Below, in pieces: positions 1 through 18,544 of a stretch of DNA of 64,000 nt (the first letter of the stretch is position 1; each line of letters starts with the position of its first letter). Source of the stretch: the human T2T-CHM13v2.0 reference genome, Homo sapiens. The stretch lies in NCBI RefSeq assembly GCF_009914755.1, contig NC_060927.1; one strand, 5' to 3'. The notes under the pieces are model-generated. The model worked only from the letters and a program-made list of their open reading frames with translations. It ran no database searches and was not told the DNA's origin. The position numbers were made by a program, and so were the translations under genes.

Positions 1-329
1 AGTGTCAACAGTAAGCCAGGCGATGCTCTAGGTGCTGGGTGTACAATGACAAGCATATGTTCTCATGGAAACCCAGTCTAATTAGTGACACAGACATTAA
101 TAAAATTTTTATACAAAATGTGTGTTAGTAAAGTGATTGTTGGATTTTATCAAATGTCATTTAAGTGATAATTTTTAAAAATTTGAACTATTGAATTCAT
201 GCATTTTACTAAGTTCACTAATATTAAACTTTTATTTTTATATATTAAAAATATTTTAGCATTATATTACATAAGCATTTCCACATTTTGATGCCTGTGT
301 GAGATTGATATATAGTTTGCAAAAGATAA

Positions 330-654
<325 letters not shown>

Positions 655-887
655 GAATTTACTGCACCTGGCTGAATTTGATTGAATTTTATAATGAAAA
701 TTCATGATTGAAATTTGGAAAACGTTTCTGGTAATGTTGGTCTGATCAAAGTAGAAAAGTACAATAACTTGAGAGATTATCAATCAGGTTCATCTTCCTA
801 CCTCCACTCTCAACCTCCCTTAATGTATGTAAGACGGGTTTGAATTTGTGTTATTTGAGGTGGGGTGCTGGCTAGGGATTAGAATAT

Positions 888-1105
888 TAGCTAACATTTA
901 TTTAGAGATCACAATGTGTGGCCACTGTTCTGAGAGCTCTGTATTAACTCATTCAAGTCTCAAAACAGTGCTATGAGGTAGGTACTAATATTATCTCCAC
1001 TGTACAAGTAAAGAAACTGGGGCACAGAGACAAAGGACACACAGCTGGTAAGGAGCACAGCAGATCTTAAAGCCAGGTGATTCAGAGCCAACATGCTTAA
1101 CTACT
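888..1105 (-). mobile_element. MIR
   Basis: MIR core TATGAGGTAGGTACT..ATCTCCA..GAAACTGGGGCACAGAGA. Confidence 0.75.
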
Positions 1106-1112
1106 CTGATAG

Positions 1113-1500
1113 GTGTATGAATCAAGAAAGGCAGGTTACGCTGCTATAACTAACACCAAAATTTCAGTTTCTAACAAAACAACAGATGTTTCTTTCTCAT
1201 ACAAAACGTGTGGTGGGACTGGGTGGCTCTCTAGAGCAGAAGCCCTCCATGTGGTGGCTCAGAATTCCAGGCTGTTTTCATCTTCTGGCAACTCAATTTC
1301 AACTTTTGCTCCTACAATCATCATCATCATGGTAGAGGAAAAGAGAAATTGCAGAGAATAGTACACTGGCTTTTAAAAGATTCCTCTTGGAGTGACACAT
1401 ATCCCCTCCCATATTTCATTGGCTGAAGCAAGTCACATGGCCAGCCTTGCTTCAGTAGACAGGGAAATGTGATCCTCTCCTGGGCCCAGAGGAGGGAAGT
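1113..1500. mobile_element. MLT1 (MaLR) LTR
   Basis: AGGTTACGCTGCTATAAC...CATTGGCTGAAGCAAGTCACATGGCC, typical of MLT1K/L. Confidence 0.65.
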
Positions 1501-3321
1501 ACCGGATTCATTTGTGACAACCCTGATATCGCAAGGGTATGTGTATCAGTTCTAGTTCCGCCACTGACCTTCAACAAGTTCCTTTGCTTCCGATTTTAAC
1601 ATCCAGAAAATGATAGAATTTTTAAACTTCTTCAATTGATATGTATTATTTAGAGAGCCTAGTGTGTGCCAAGCACCTTGTAGCTCTGGCAACACAATGG
1701 TCAATACAGCAAAATCCCTGCCCTCAAGCAGTTTGCAATTTAATAGATATCTCACTGATAATTTTTAGTTCTAAAATTCCAAGATTCTATTAAAAAGCAA
1801 CCACAATAACAAACTTCTCTTCATATTGTCCAGAATGTTATATTCTAGATACTCAGGCATTAGGAGTTTCTTCCTTCTTTCTTGTGTGCATTTCGCTGCA
1901 GTGAAACTCCGTCACTGCAGCCGATACACACATGGCCATCTCTTTCAAATCACTAATGTATGTCTATATGGCACCTATTATGAAAATAAAGCAGACTTTG
2001 CACCATTCTTACAGCTATTTTGAATTTAGTACAGAGAACATTTCAAAAAAATCGGAAAAAATCTACTTGAGAAATACTTGGGCAGATAAATTTGCCACAT
2101 AATGTACATTGCAGATATCAAAGTTTTTTCTATTACTCATGAACAAACCAAATTATAAAACTTTAAAAAATTTTATATTTTGTTTACAGTTAATTTTCCC
2201 TTAGAGAAATGTTTATTAGCATGAAACACAAGAAATGTGAATAAGTATACTTGTGAGTATGCACAAAACTAGTTTGCCAAGTATTTTTTTTTAATCTCTT
2301 AGGATTTGAAGCAGCCTGCCAGGTTTTAATTTACTGGTTGCCTCTAGTTAAAATACAGTTAGCAATAAAAAATTTATGAGAACTTGAGGCATTGTCTTCA
2401 AATATGATGCAACAGTTGAAAATTTGAATGAAATGTACAAAGAATTCCATTTTACTCTACACTGAGGCAATTGTGGCATTTCCTTTATTTTTAATACTGC
2501 ATGTTGAATTCCTAAACACAAGCCAAAAAGTAGTGATGCAATCGTTTCATATGTCTTTAGTGTCTTACAGAGCATTACAAATAAACTTCTGATAAATCAT
2601 GCTCATTTTTCATATTATTAGAATTCTTCATCATTTAAAAATATTATGTTAGTTTCACAAGAGACCAGTTCTGGAGTACTTAATTTGCTACTCATTTGTA
2701 TTATGAATTTGTTTAATATTGGCATGCTTGTCTCCCTTTTCAACAGTAAAACAAGGACAGACACCATGATCATTTATTCTCAGAACATCTGGTTTGCTCA
2801 GTAAGCATCCAATACTTATTACTGGGCTATCTAAAAGGCAAAATAAGAATAATCAGAATATTCGAGTTTGGGAAGGGCTAAAAGAGAGAAGCTGATAATA
2901 TTTACTAGAAGAGATTAATAACCATTCTTTTCTCTCAATGTACATATTTCCCTTGAGCAATCCAGTCTTCTGCCATGACAGTAAGTGCTAGCTTGTGACT
3001 CCCAAATCCATATCTCCAGTCATGGCTTTCTTCCTGAAGCCCACATTGGTATTTAACCACCACCACCACCACCTAGTTAGCCATATAAACAGCTTGGATT
3101 TGAAATATGTAAACCAGAATGCTTTATCTTCTTCTGCTCCATCAGATTATTTTGTGATTTCTCATTTTCAGAGTGATATTATCATCCAGTTAGCCAAACA
3201 ATGCACCTGGAGTCATCCTGGATTCTTCTATTTTTCTTATCAGGCTGTCAGTCCTGTTGATTTGACTTTCTTAATAGCTCTCCAATCTTCCTATAACTTC
3301 TAACTTTAGTTCAAGCCTTCT

Positions 3322-3912
<591 letters not shown>

Positions 3913-4199
3913 GTAAAATCTTTTCTATTTCATACTATGCATGCAGTTATTGTGTGGTTCTAGGAAACTGTATTGTGTCAGTATACAGACCTCAAAGGGC
4001 AATGTCCTTGTTTACTGGTACCACTCTATTCTGAATCTACTATACCACGTGAAAATAATTTCTTACAAGTGTTTTATGATAATAATAAAAGAAAGGTAAA
4101 CGAAAGAAGGATGAAATTTAATTGCTAAAAAAAAGGGAAACTGTTTCAAGACAATCTTAAATCTTGGCCTGTAACATGGCCAAGGAAAGGAATATTTAC

Positions 4200-4956
<757 letters not shown>

Positions 4957-5379
4957 TCAAACATATGATATATTTCAGGATTTTCATTTTTTAACAGAAA
5001 TTTAAAATTATTTCATAGTATTTTCAAGGCAGTTGATAATGATCTCCATAAATATGCCTAACCTTTGTAATATAGTGTTTATCTCAGTGATTTCCCAAGG
5101 ATGTTCTTTAACTGGAACATGGTTAATATAAATATTCATATTTATTTTCTCAAAGATCTGGGAATTAAAGAATAAAATTCAAATAGAGTACAAAAATCAA
5201 GTCTATTTATACAGAGTAGATCATTAAGAATAGAAATTAAATAAGTTCATTATGAAATTAATCAAATATGAACAGTATGAGTGGGTGTGTGGGGGACACA
5301 AAAACAGTTTTAATTCTAAAATGTATAATAGATGAATATTCTTAAAACTTTAAGATAATTTCTCTAAATGTTGATCAGT

Positions 5380-6530
5380 AAGAATGTGAACATAAAGAAA
5401 ATCACATTTACATATATTTCATTCAAGCCAATGAAAATAAACTTTTCAAAGGAAGATTTTAAGTTGTGTTTGTATATTTACTAATCAATGATGTGTCTAA
5501 TAATCATTTACATGTGATAGTGTTATACCTATAAATGTAAGAAGCTTTTCAATTCAAAGGAACAATTTTAAAAAAATGTATAGAACATCTATAAAGGTAT
5601 AAAATACCATTTACCTACATACAATGTGATATAAAGGATCCTTTATGTATAATGTATAATAAAATAATGAGATTGGCTTATGAAATCATATGTTCTTTTT
5701 ATGTCAATGACTGTCTAAGCACTGGTGTATGAGACTAAGTGGTTTGTATGTACAAAGCTTCTATTTAGTGAATGAAGATTAATAAATACTATTCCAGAAA
5801 AATTTTATTATTATCAAAATAAACTATTTCTAGTACTGAATGGGAAAAGATGGAGGATCTTAATGCTCAAGTTAGTGATCCACAGATTTAAAAAGTTTAA
5901 GAGCCAGCAATAGATAAATTACATAACCCATAATGTGAATACATCTGATAAATTATTATTATAAAAAACTGATGAAGCACCCAATTTTTCATTTAAACAA
6001 CAGAACCTGATTTAATGAATCATCAATCTAAACAGGAGCATTTAGACTGGAATCTGTGAATTTGGGAACTTTATAAATATATGTAGTTGACAGAAAACGG
6101 AAAGAATTTGGCCCAATGCACAAGAGTAGTCAGGTTGTAATTATTAATATCAAGTCAAAGTTTGATTTTTATTTACCCGAAAGCCAGAATTCAGGCAGAA
6201 AATGACACAATATCATAAGTGTGGAAAAAGAAAGAAACCATTACCGTAAAATGAACACAGAAGAAACATAGCATACACAGATACTTTTTGGTGATTTTGC
6301 TTAAAGAGAAAGACAAAGAATCAGACAAAATCAATAAAATAATACTGAGGGGCAAAAAAACCCATCAAGATTTCTTGTTTTTTTTTCAGAAAACTGACAA
6401 CTGTTTAGAACAAAGCCAAAGATGAAACCAAATATAAAACCACTGATGAAAACTAAGTGAAAAATATAAGCAAAATAGAAGAAAAATAAGGTCGTTATTT
6501 CAAGAAAACGAAAGACAGTCAATGCTGTTC
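5380..6530 (+). mobile_element. Probable ancient, highly decayed L1 fragments
   Basis: Strong A-skew on the + strand and residual ORF2-like phrases. Boundaries uncertain. Confidence 0.35.
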
Positions 6531-7640
6531 TTTGTATTCACATACAATTTGGTTCACACCAAAATGTGAGTTGTTCTCTATGAGATGTTATTAAATGTTC
6601 CTAAGAAGACTCGCTTTAGAAAAAAACAGTATTCCTAAGGCATGTCCAATCTGTCTCTTTTCTTAATTGCTATAGTTCTACTTTATTATTATAATGTATT
6701 CAGCATTAAAATTCATTATTTCCCAATAAGCTTGACTTTATCTTATAATGAAATACAACTGTCTTCTTGGTGATTTTTATAGGAGATATTATGGAAATAT
6801 TTTATTAACAGAAGTAAATAAAGTGTCATATCATTTGGCTTTTCAGCCGTGTTATAACATTTGCATTTTGTTTTTTCTGCCTTTACCCTCCCTGCTTCTA
6901 GCTGCATAAAATAATGCATTTTAAAAATAAAAATACATTATTTTTCAACATATGTGTGACAATAAAAAGATCACTGGGTCAGGGGTCAGACGATCTGAGT
7001 TCTGCCCTTTCATTTTCTTATCTGTAAAAATGATTCCTAAGATTCCTTCTATTACTAACATTTTATAATCTACATTCAAATTTTATGTGAAAGTTTAGTG
7101 CATCCGAGATAACTATTTTCAAATAAGAATCTCTTTTGATGCTAACATCTATGCATCAAATTCTTCATTCTCAAGTTGTAAGTTGCTCTTTACATAATTT
7201 CACCTATGTACATATATTCTATAGAAAAAAGAGACATTCCAGTATCTTAACAATGTCAAAAAGGATATACTGACACTAACATTAACTGGAGATTGGAAGA
7301 CTAGACAAATCAAGGCTAGAACTACATAAGGGAAGCTATTCTCCCAAATACGCTGTTTTTGCTGTTGTTTAACCAAAGATATCTTCCCTTTCATTCTTCT
7401 TTTTTAAAGCTAAGGATATTTAAGACATTAATATGTTTGGCTAACTGATTAATAATTCCTTCTTTTATAAGGAAACTATCCTAAAATATAAAAAACCGAG
7501 GTTAAAGTTATTAATGAAATATGTATGTATTGCTGTTATCTACATATCAACTCTGGCCAAAGAATAATTCAATAAAAATGATTATAAGCCCATATCCCAG
7601 AAGCTCATTAAAGAGCCTGATGAACACAAATTATACAAAC

Positions 7641-7780
7641 CTGCTGAAATAGAAACATGATCTGGATCCATGGCTGAGGTTCTTGGCTGATGAGAATAAA
7701 ACTGGACTTACTGTATAGGCAGTAATGACCCTTCAGGGAGCAGGTGAAGAACAACTTTGCTACACAACTTCTCACAGTGT
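7641..7780 (-). CDS. VEPH1: VEPH1 internal coding exon, 140 bp (probably exon 10; [25 protein letters not shown]...MFLFQQ)
   Basis: Lies within ORF 7608..7796. Acceptor TTTCTAG|AC at 7781-7782, donor CAG|GTTTGT at 7639-7640. Phase 1/0 matches the upstream donor (G+AC=D). Confidence 0.94.
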
Positions 7781-8904
7781 CTAGAAACAAATACATATAG
7801 CGTTAAACGTTATGGTCTTTCCAGAGTTACACTTTATATTGATACTTCAACACACAAATGCCTTTATAAAATATCCTTCAGTTTTCAAACTGTGAGCTAA
7901 TAACTACAAACAACTATATATTTGAGAGGGGATCCATTTCATGGAAAGTAGATTTAAATAAAGATTTTAAATTATTATTATTATTGTTTTAATTAACAAT
8001 GTTTGAAGACTCAGCAACTCCCATGGGGGGAAAACCCTCTCACCAATAAAATGGGAGATACTATATCATTTTCATCTGATGGGATACCTTGAAGTGATAA
8101 CCTGGGAAAAATAAACAAATGGATTAAGAAAACCCAGGCATTTTCTGGGTAGTAAATGACTTGCCATGAACCATGGATGCTGTTCTCTTGGTTGTGCAGG
8201 GGCCTCAGAGATAGCTTCCAAAATAACTCTGGCTGAGGTGTAGCTTCCTGTGAACTGTACTGGTCGGGTTTGAAAAGGTCATCTCGCCTTGAAGGATTTC
8301 AGCTGGGAGTCTTAATGAGATTATCCTTTAGGGACAAGGAAGTAGTGGGTGAGTGGTGTAGAGGTGGTGAGGCACCATGTGTAGAGAAAGAAATAATGAA
8401 TAAATGAATGAATGAAGCAAATATGGGTTGAGATTCTATGGGCTAGGCACTGTGTTAAGTACTGGATAATAAACATTATAATTAATTGACTTCCACATGT
8501 GTTATGTGTTTGACTTCATTTAATTTTACCCTACAAGATGGGTATTATTTCTGTTATAAAGATGAGGTAACAGCACATTAGAAAGCCAGTCTAGTGAACC
8601 ACTGTGACTGTGTTGTTCCCTCTTATAACCTTGGCACATGAGATAAATATTAATAGATGACTAATGTCTGGAGAGATGAATGATGAATGATGCTCAGAGA
8701 TCCAGAAAAAATGGCTCAAGCCTGCTCAATCTGTGGCAGAGCCAGGATTGGAACTCAGCAGGGCTGATACCATGTTGGAATGTTTTAGGCGCTACTATAC
8801 TGGGGATTTTTTTAATCTGTAGAGTCATACTGATAGTTAATGGGGTATTTTTTGTTTCAGAATTAATCTGACATTTTAAGTGAAATGTTTTGAAAATTAA
8901 TAGA

Positions 8905-9260
8905 GGCCAGGCATGGTGGCTCATGCCTGTAATCCCAGCTCTTTGAGAAGCCAAGGTGGGCGGATTGCCTCATCTCAGGGGTTTGAAACCAGCCCGGACA
9001 ACATGGTGAAACCCCTTCTCTACAAAAAATACAAAAATTAGCTGGGCATGGTGGCATCTGCCTATAGACCCAGCTACTTGGGGGGCAGAGCAGGAGGTGG
9101 GCTTGAGCCCAGGAGGTGGAGTCTGCAGTGAGGTGAGATCATGCCACTGCACTCTAGCCTGGGCAACAGAGAAATACTCCGTCCCAAAAAAACAAAACAA
9201 AACAAAAAAAAAAAGAAAGAAAGAAAGAAAGAATGAAAGAAAAGGAAAGAAAGAAAGAAA
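8905..9260 (+). mobile_element. AluJ with (GAAA)n tail
   Basis: TSD GAAAATTAATAGA at 8892-8904 and 9261-9273. Confidence 0.93.
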
Positions 9261-9342
9261 GAAAATTAATAGATTCAGTGATCCAGTATGCCCTACTCTT
9301 ACAATGGAAATGGACTAGAGTTAGTTGAAAGTCGATGAGAAA

Positions 9343-9482
9343 AGCCAGGCACAGTGGCACACACCTGTTAATACTAGCTACTTGGGAGGCAGGAGTGGGA
9401 GAATCCCTGAGCCCAGGAGTTCAAGGCCATCTTGGGCAATATAGTGAGACCACGTCTCTAAAAGCAAACAAACAAAATAATA
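9343..9482 (+). mobile_element. FLAM monomer
   Basis: Single Alu arm with A-rich tail. Confidence 0.8.
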
Positions 9483-12467
9483 AAAGCTGATAAGGATCCT
9501 AGTACGGGCGACAGAGTCAGTCCCCACCTAAGACAGAGTGTTGTTGAATTCTCTAGAGAATGGGGGAGGAAGACTTGTCTGTGCTCTATCAGAGGTCAGG
9601 TATGAAGGAAGTGACAGGCTTTCAGGAAAAGTTTGAAAAATCTTAGAGCGGCCAATGAGAGATTAGAGGAGAAGGTCTTGGAAACCAAACAATAATGTGA
9701 CAGGGCAAGTTAGAGATATATACAGAAATGTTAATAATTAATAGCTTTCTGTGATTCTGAAACATTGGTACAGAAGAGGACTAGTTTTTGTGAAGGTAAT
9801 TGTTTCAGGAAATTAAAAAGATTTAAGTTGAACATACAGTGTTCTTGTATAAAATCAGAAATCATGTCTGTATTCTGTGGGCGAATGAATCATGAGATGT
9901 AAAGAGTGCTTGAAGCCTCAGTGGACAAGACCAGGAGGTCTGGCACTGAGAAAGACCTGGGAGAATAGAATGGAGCATAATATCAACTTAAAATTGCCCT
10001 ATCAGAAATTGTTTGACAATGATATACTTTTTTTAAGTTGGCACATATGCTCGGAAAAATTGAATTTAATTTATGGTAAAGAAATAGGAAACCTATTATC
10101 TCAAGAGCACATACAAAAAATGGTATTTGAAATAAATCTAAGTGTAACATATATATTGAGATAGCAATATGTTTTGTTTTAATGGAAAGTTTCAAAAGGA
10201 AACAAGTTTTCTTTTCCAAGAATTCATGTAGTTAGCTTGAGAGTTGTAAGTTGGACTTTAGGCCTTTATCATGAAAAAATAGTTTCTGTCTTTTTCCTCC
10301 CTCTAAATTTTTACTGCCAATTCATGTTTTCTTTTGAAAATAAACATTGATTAGATTTATTTCACTCACTCTGAGCCTACCAGCTTTTTATACACAACCC
10401 ACAGGAGTCTCAGATCACATAAAATGGTCAAAGTAGTATAAGAGAGAGATTCTTAACTTAGAAGCATATACACTGGCTATAAAAATACATCAGTTCTGTG
10501 ATATAAGGCTTCTGTGAATGCTTTCAGTACATCTGGTCTGTACCAATATTTTTATCCTTATTTTTTTCAGAGCTTTCTTGGCTTGCAAAATTCTCCCCAT
10601 GACATTAAGACTTAGTTGTTAATTTTTCCTGTATTTCCCTCCTGTTTATTCCATAGTATCAAACAGCAGGAATGCAATAAATTGTTGTTGGATGAATGAA
10701 TGAATGGATGAGTGTCAGATATGTGTTGAGAGCAATAGGGGCCATGATGATGGTCCTGCTCTTAAGAAGCTTGCAGCCAAATGGGAGAAACATCTGAACT
10801 TACAACAATGGTTATAAGTTGTTTTAAGTTTATGAGATAATGGAGGGACACATAATAATGACTGCTCACAGAAATAAGCAACTCATTCTGACTGGGGAAC
10901 AAGGGGAGGCTTCATGGAGAAGGAGATATTTGAGGTATACTTTGAAAAATGATCAAGATTTTGAACTTAAAGTGTGAGAGAAACAAGCACTTTAGGTGTA
11001 GAGAACCCTGAAAGCAATCACATAAACATAAATGTTTAAGGTAATTCCAGATAGTATGTTTAGTTTATCTCAGTCATTGAAATATTACTTATATAATTGT
11101 ATAATTGATGCCAAAAGGATTATTCATTTTTCTAGACTAAATGTTGAAGAGAGAAGTCATGCTGTCTTAAATATAGAATGCTTTCCATATTCAACCAAAT
11201 CTGAGAGTAGTTTCTTTATTTTTATTGGAATGTGGCTTCTTTTTCTAATAATCAAAGGATTTGGTTTGGTCTTTATAAAGACTAAAGTTAACATGAACAT
11301 AAGTAATTATACAATATAATGTGTTATGTGTTAAAATACCAAATATATTACACAGATAAATAAATTTAAAGACATGATACAAAAATACAAGAATATTTGG
11401 TCTTCTTTGAGTCAAAATCTTTAAGAATCATTTTGGAATTCTTTGTTTCTTCTGCCACTCCTCCTCCACGATGCCATTTATATGCCGTTATTCCTGCAAG
11501 GCATTCACTAGACAGTATCTGAGAAACACATCGTTCTTCTTGGGAGACTAGACACTTATAACCTATTTCTCAGGTGGCCACTCATAACCTATGCCATTAT
11601 ATATATATATTTTTTGGTTTAGAGATAAGTGTCTTAAGATTAAAAATGGAATATGGCTTTGATTTTTTAATAGCTAGTAGAAATATCAAAGAATTGGCTT
11701 TATGTTTTGGAAAAAAAGAATAAATTAGGTCTCATTTTGAATTCTTTACAAAACTTATCCTTTGAAATTTCCCTCCCAGTGAAATAAAGGTCAGATAAAT
11801 GTATCTGGCTTATTTCCCAGGGTGTTCAACTGAGCATTGTAGAAACTGTATTTCTACAATGATTTATAAAAGCTCAAACACATGAATATGTTTGCTGAAA
11901 CTGCCAGACTATAAGTATTTACACACTGAACATAGCTTATAAATAAACAACAAACTCAGAGAAGCCATTTTGAGAGATTTAGGAAAGGAACTAATTTTCA
12001 CTGACTCCTTACTTTGTACCCAGATGTAAGTGTAACCAATTACATTTCATCTTTATGAAGCAGGCTTTGTTATCTCCATCTTACTGAAGAGGAAATCTCA
12101 AGATCAAACTTCCAGGAAGCAGCTGAGCTGAAATTTGAACCCAGATGCCAGAGCCTATTCTCTTTCTAGTACATGAGTGAATGGCTCAGATAAAACAGAG
12201 GTAATAGAAGTACCTCAAAAAGAAGTATAATTCAATAGAAAGAGCATTGGCTGAGGATTCGGACAGAGTTTTATGGGTAGATTGTGTTTCTTTTCCTCTC
12301 TGTCCTTGAGTTTCTTATCTTTAAAGTGGGAGCAGACCAAAAGCTGATCCAGAATGAAACAAACAAACAAACAAACAAAAAAAGCTCATCTACTTAAATG
12401 ATTTTTACATTTTAATTTGCTTATTAACTTTCTCTCCTAGATTGTGAGCTCCATGAGGGTAATGATT

Positions 12468-13115
12468 TTTTATTGTGGTAAATTATATAAAACATATAAT
12501 TTATGTTTTACGTTTTATATAATTTACCACTTTATGGATAATATGGTTTAAAATTTAAACCATTTTTAGGTGCACAATTCGCTGGCATTAAATACATTCA
12601 CATTGTTGTGCAAACATCACCACCATCCATCTCCAGAACTCTTCCATCCTTCCTAGTTGAAACCCTATACCCATTAAACCGTAACTCCCCATCTTCCTCT
12701 CCCCTGAGCCCCTGGCAACCAGCCACTCTATTTTCTGTCTTTATGAATTTGACTACTCTAGGTACCTCATACAAGTAGAATCATATAATAGTTGTTCTTT
12801 TGTTCTGGCTTATTTCACTTAGCATAATATCTTCAATGTTCATACACATGGTAGCATGGGTCAGAATTTCATTTCTTTATTAAAGCTGAATTATTTTCCA
12901 TTGTATGTATATGCCATGGTTTGTTTACTCATTTTTCTGTTGATGGACATTTGGGCTGTTCATACCTTTTGGCTACTGTGAATAATGCTACTATGAACAT
13001 GAGTATGGAAATATCTCTTTGAGGCTCTGATTTAAATTCTTTTTGGTATATACAAAGAAGTGGCATTGTTGGATCATATGGTAATTCTATGTTTAGATTT
13101 TTTGAGGAAATTTCG
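12468..13115 (-). mobile_element. L1MB-like 3' end
   Basis: Resembles L1M 3'UTR (CACATTGTTGTGCAAACATCACCACCATCCATCTCCAGAAC). Confidence 0.8.
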
Positions 13116-14633
13116 TATTAGAAATGAAATTTTTATCTCTGAAATTCTACAATTTACTAATGGCCTACAGAGGCCTGTGAAGAAATGTGTCTGTGAGGGC
13201 TGTCCAGAGCAGGGCTGGACATTTGCTCAGGGCTATGAGGGCTTGCACTTGGCACTCACGACAAGCTAGATGACAACAGGAGGAGTTTTCTTCTGCCTAC
13301 TTGACACTAGCGTGACAGGAACCCTTGAAGCAATTTCCTTCATTTTCCATTTAATTCTTCTTTATTGTATTTCAAAGACAAAAAATTCAAAACATTGACG
13401 CAATGAATAAATAATACTGTCATTTAATTGTATGAATGTCCTAAATTGGACAGGAAAAAAAAGTAGAAGAAAATGGAACTGGTAATTTGTCTGATGAGAG
13501 CTTTCCAAAAGTAGGTAAAATAAAGTATGTTTTTGAAGTCAACCATAAGTTCCAATTTGGGGAAAAAGTGCAGAACAAACTCATTACTTTAAAATACCAT
13601 TGCTTTTGACTGAAAAAAATGGAAGAAGGCATCACAAGCCAGTGTGGACCACTTGTAAAACTTTGATTCCATGTGATTTGTAAAATATATTAGTATTTTA
13701 GACTAAAACTCTATTCCTCCTCACCTCCAAGTTAAAGTTTAGAAGTTTTGAATAGAACAGCAATTATTTCATAACTTTGATGGAGTAAATAGAAGAAAAG
13801 ATATTTTAAGGTAAAAACAAAATTAGATTCTCAAAAATAATAATGAATTTGAAATAACTGTTTGAAATTACATCAAATAATTATTCATGAGTGGACACTG
13901 CTTTAATCATTTGATGTTTTCAGAGCTCGGTTCTGTAGAAGGTGTTCAGAAGTGTGAGTTGTTGAACTGACCTGCACTGAAGGAAAAACTGCCAAATCTC
14001 TCATTTGTTGAGAATCTAGGACACGTAGGTAATGGAAAAGAGGACTTGCCTAGTGTTTACTAAGTTCTATTTACAACAGTATTAGTTGAGAAATATGTGT
14101 TCCCTTTACAGCAGCTGGTGGGCCCCTGGCTATATCACATGCATATGTGTGGGACGTCCCTACCCAGAGCAAAAGTACTATGCTCATTTCCCCATTGTGG
14201 CAAAAATCCAGCCAGTTGTCAAATGGGCATGTTGGATGCTTTTGTTTTGACTTATCCAGAGAATAAAACAATTCTTTTGCAAGTGATTACTTTAATAACA
14301 CAAATTTGGTAATTATATATTCAGAAATATACAAGCCATAGGTGTACAAAGACCTATGCTTTGACCCTGATTTTGAGGAAAAAAATAAAAATTTTGTATT
14401 GTTATGTGAAAACATATATAAAAGCATAAGAAAAGGTCTGTAAAGTTATAGATCAACCATCGACAGTGATTACTTTCATATTGAGAAGTGGGAGTGGGGT
14501 GAGGAGCATGCACATTTTACTTCATATACTTCTGTATTATTTTAATTCTCTCCTTATCAGTTTATATTTATGTATTACTTACATAATTTAAAAATATACA
14601 ATGAAAAAGTGCTATTTGTTAAAGCAGGCAATT

Positions 14634-16775
<2,142 letters not shown>

Positions 16776-17049
16776 AAGCAAACAATTTAAATGATGTCTC
16801 ACTAATTACCATGTAACAGGGCTAACATTTATGATTTTAAATATGTTTTTCTTTTTTGCCTTCTGAGTACATAGCCTTTGCCTGAATCCAGTTAAGTCTC
16901 CACCTATCTGGCTGTCGAGTGATGGTGGGAATGGTGATAGAGTAGATATTCAACAGTTATAGGAGTACCAAAAAAGTAAAATGGAATTAATTTTTTTAAC
17001 TGCCAAAATTGGGTTATGCAGCAAGATAATAGCCTTGCAAGTGAGGCTT

Positions 17050-18070
17050 TTGTCTCAAGAAGGAATTTTCTAAATTTCCTTACCTCCCTTTAGCCTATCA
17101 TTCCTGAACATGGAGGATATACATTGTAGGACCTGTAGTATGAAGAGGGTGACAGCTTGGTCAGTTCTATGGTTGTTAGGTAGGAGAATATAGAATGGAA
17201 CAAGTAAAAGAGAACAGGTTTTAGTTCTGGCAAGGAAAATTATGGAGAGAAGGAGAGAGACAGAGAAGTGTAAAGCCATCAGAAGTGGGTCCTGACTTCC
17301 CTCACATTTGGGCTTTGGCCTGGAGAAGGAGAAGTATATTAGATACATTATGGTAACACCATGGGCAATGGTCACCGCTGAAGATTCACTCCCAGGTGGC
17401 CCTCAGCACCAACACAGGGTAGCCAACTTAATTAAAAGCACAGCTCCTGAAGCCAGACAGAAAGGAATCTCTGAGGTTCAGCTTTCATGGTCACTCTTTC
17501 CTCTGTTATGGAGTAGAGTGGAGCCAGTAGTAGCTGAGGATCTTGCTGGTCAGCATTTCAGAGAATTCACCATAGTGAGGCAAGGAGTATGGTGTGGCTC
17601 TGCACAGTAGACTGCAGAGAGAATTGTCCAAGCCAGGACTCAAGAGGGGCATCTCACACCAGTGGGCACTGAGATGAGGTCAGATTGGCAAGGGAGACCC
17701 CTGGACCGGCCCATGTGTAGAGTGAAAAAAAACCATTATCCTTCAGGCAAGAAGACACACCACACCCCTATCCAGGGACATTAATGCTTTCCACCACCAC
17801 AAGGGAGCAGGAGCCACTTCCTAATGCTCCCAGATGCCACCTTAGGGAGATAAGCATAGGAGAGATGAGAGAAAGAACATTTTTATCCAAAGGAAAGATT
17901 GTCTCCTAAAGTACCATTCAAATGAGCAGTTGGGATTAACTTTAGGCAGGGACTCTTAATTTTCTTCCTCACTACCCAGTGGTTGGTTGCTCTTGATCAG
18001 CTCTAGACATAATGATGGCACATTTTCTCTGCAAATCTAAGTTGTAATATAAAATAAATTTTATAATATT
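17050..18070 (+). mobile_element. Ancient LTR, possibly MamGypLTR/LTR85-like
   Basis: Purine-rich LTR-like text with CAGATGCCACCTTAGGGAG and TAAGTTGTAATATAAAATAAA. Weak recall only. Confidence 0.4.
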
Positions 18071-18544
18071 ACAATAAGTGAAAAAGTAATCATGGAGAAT
18101 AAAACTATGGTACAGTGAAGAAGACGACTCAGGTGGAGAAAGAAATCTTGTCCTAAAGAATCAGGGAACTTTAGAAACACTTATAAGAGTCACACAGCAA
18201 AGGGTAGAGGATGGGGAGTGAGCTGTAGGAGGACGTTGAGGGTTTGCATGTGAGGGCGAAATCAAATAACACACAGTGGTATGTAGTGTCCCTTGGTGCA
18301 TATAGACTTGCAAATTTCTTATATGAAAACTGTTAAAAACTTGTGCCTGCTTGCTGCTTTATGTTACTATTAAAGAACAGAGTACGACTTGCCCATTAAC
18401 CTATTCAAATCAGGTGTTGAAGAGCCTTGGATGCTCTCACAAGCAATGTTTCTGCCCTGAGAGAGGGAACAAAGAGCCCTTCCTCTCAGAAGCCACTCTA
18501 AAGCCAACTTCTCTGATCCCTTATCCAAAGTTCAATTCTTCTCC

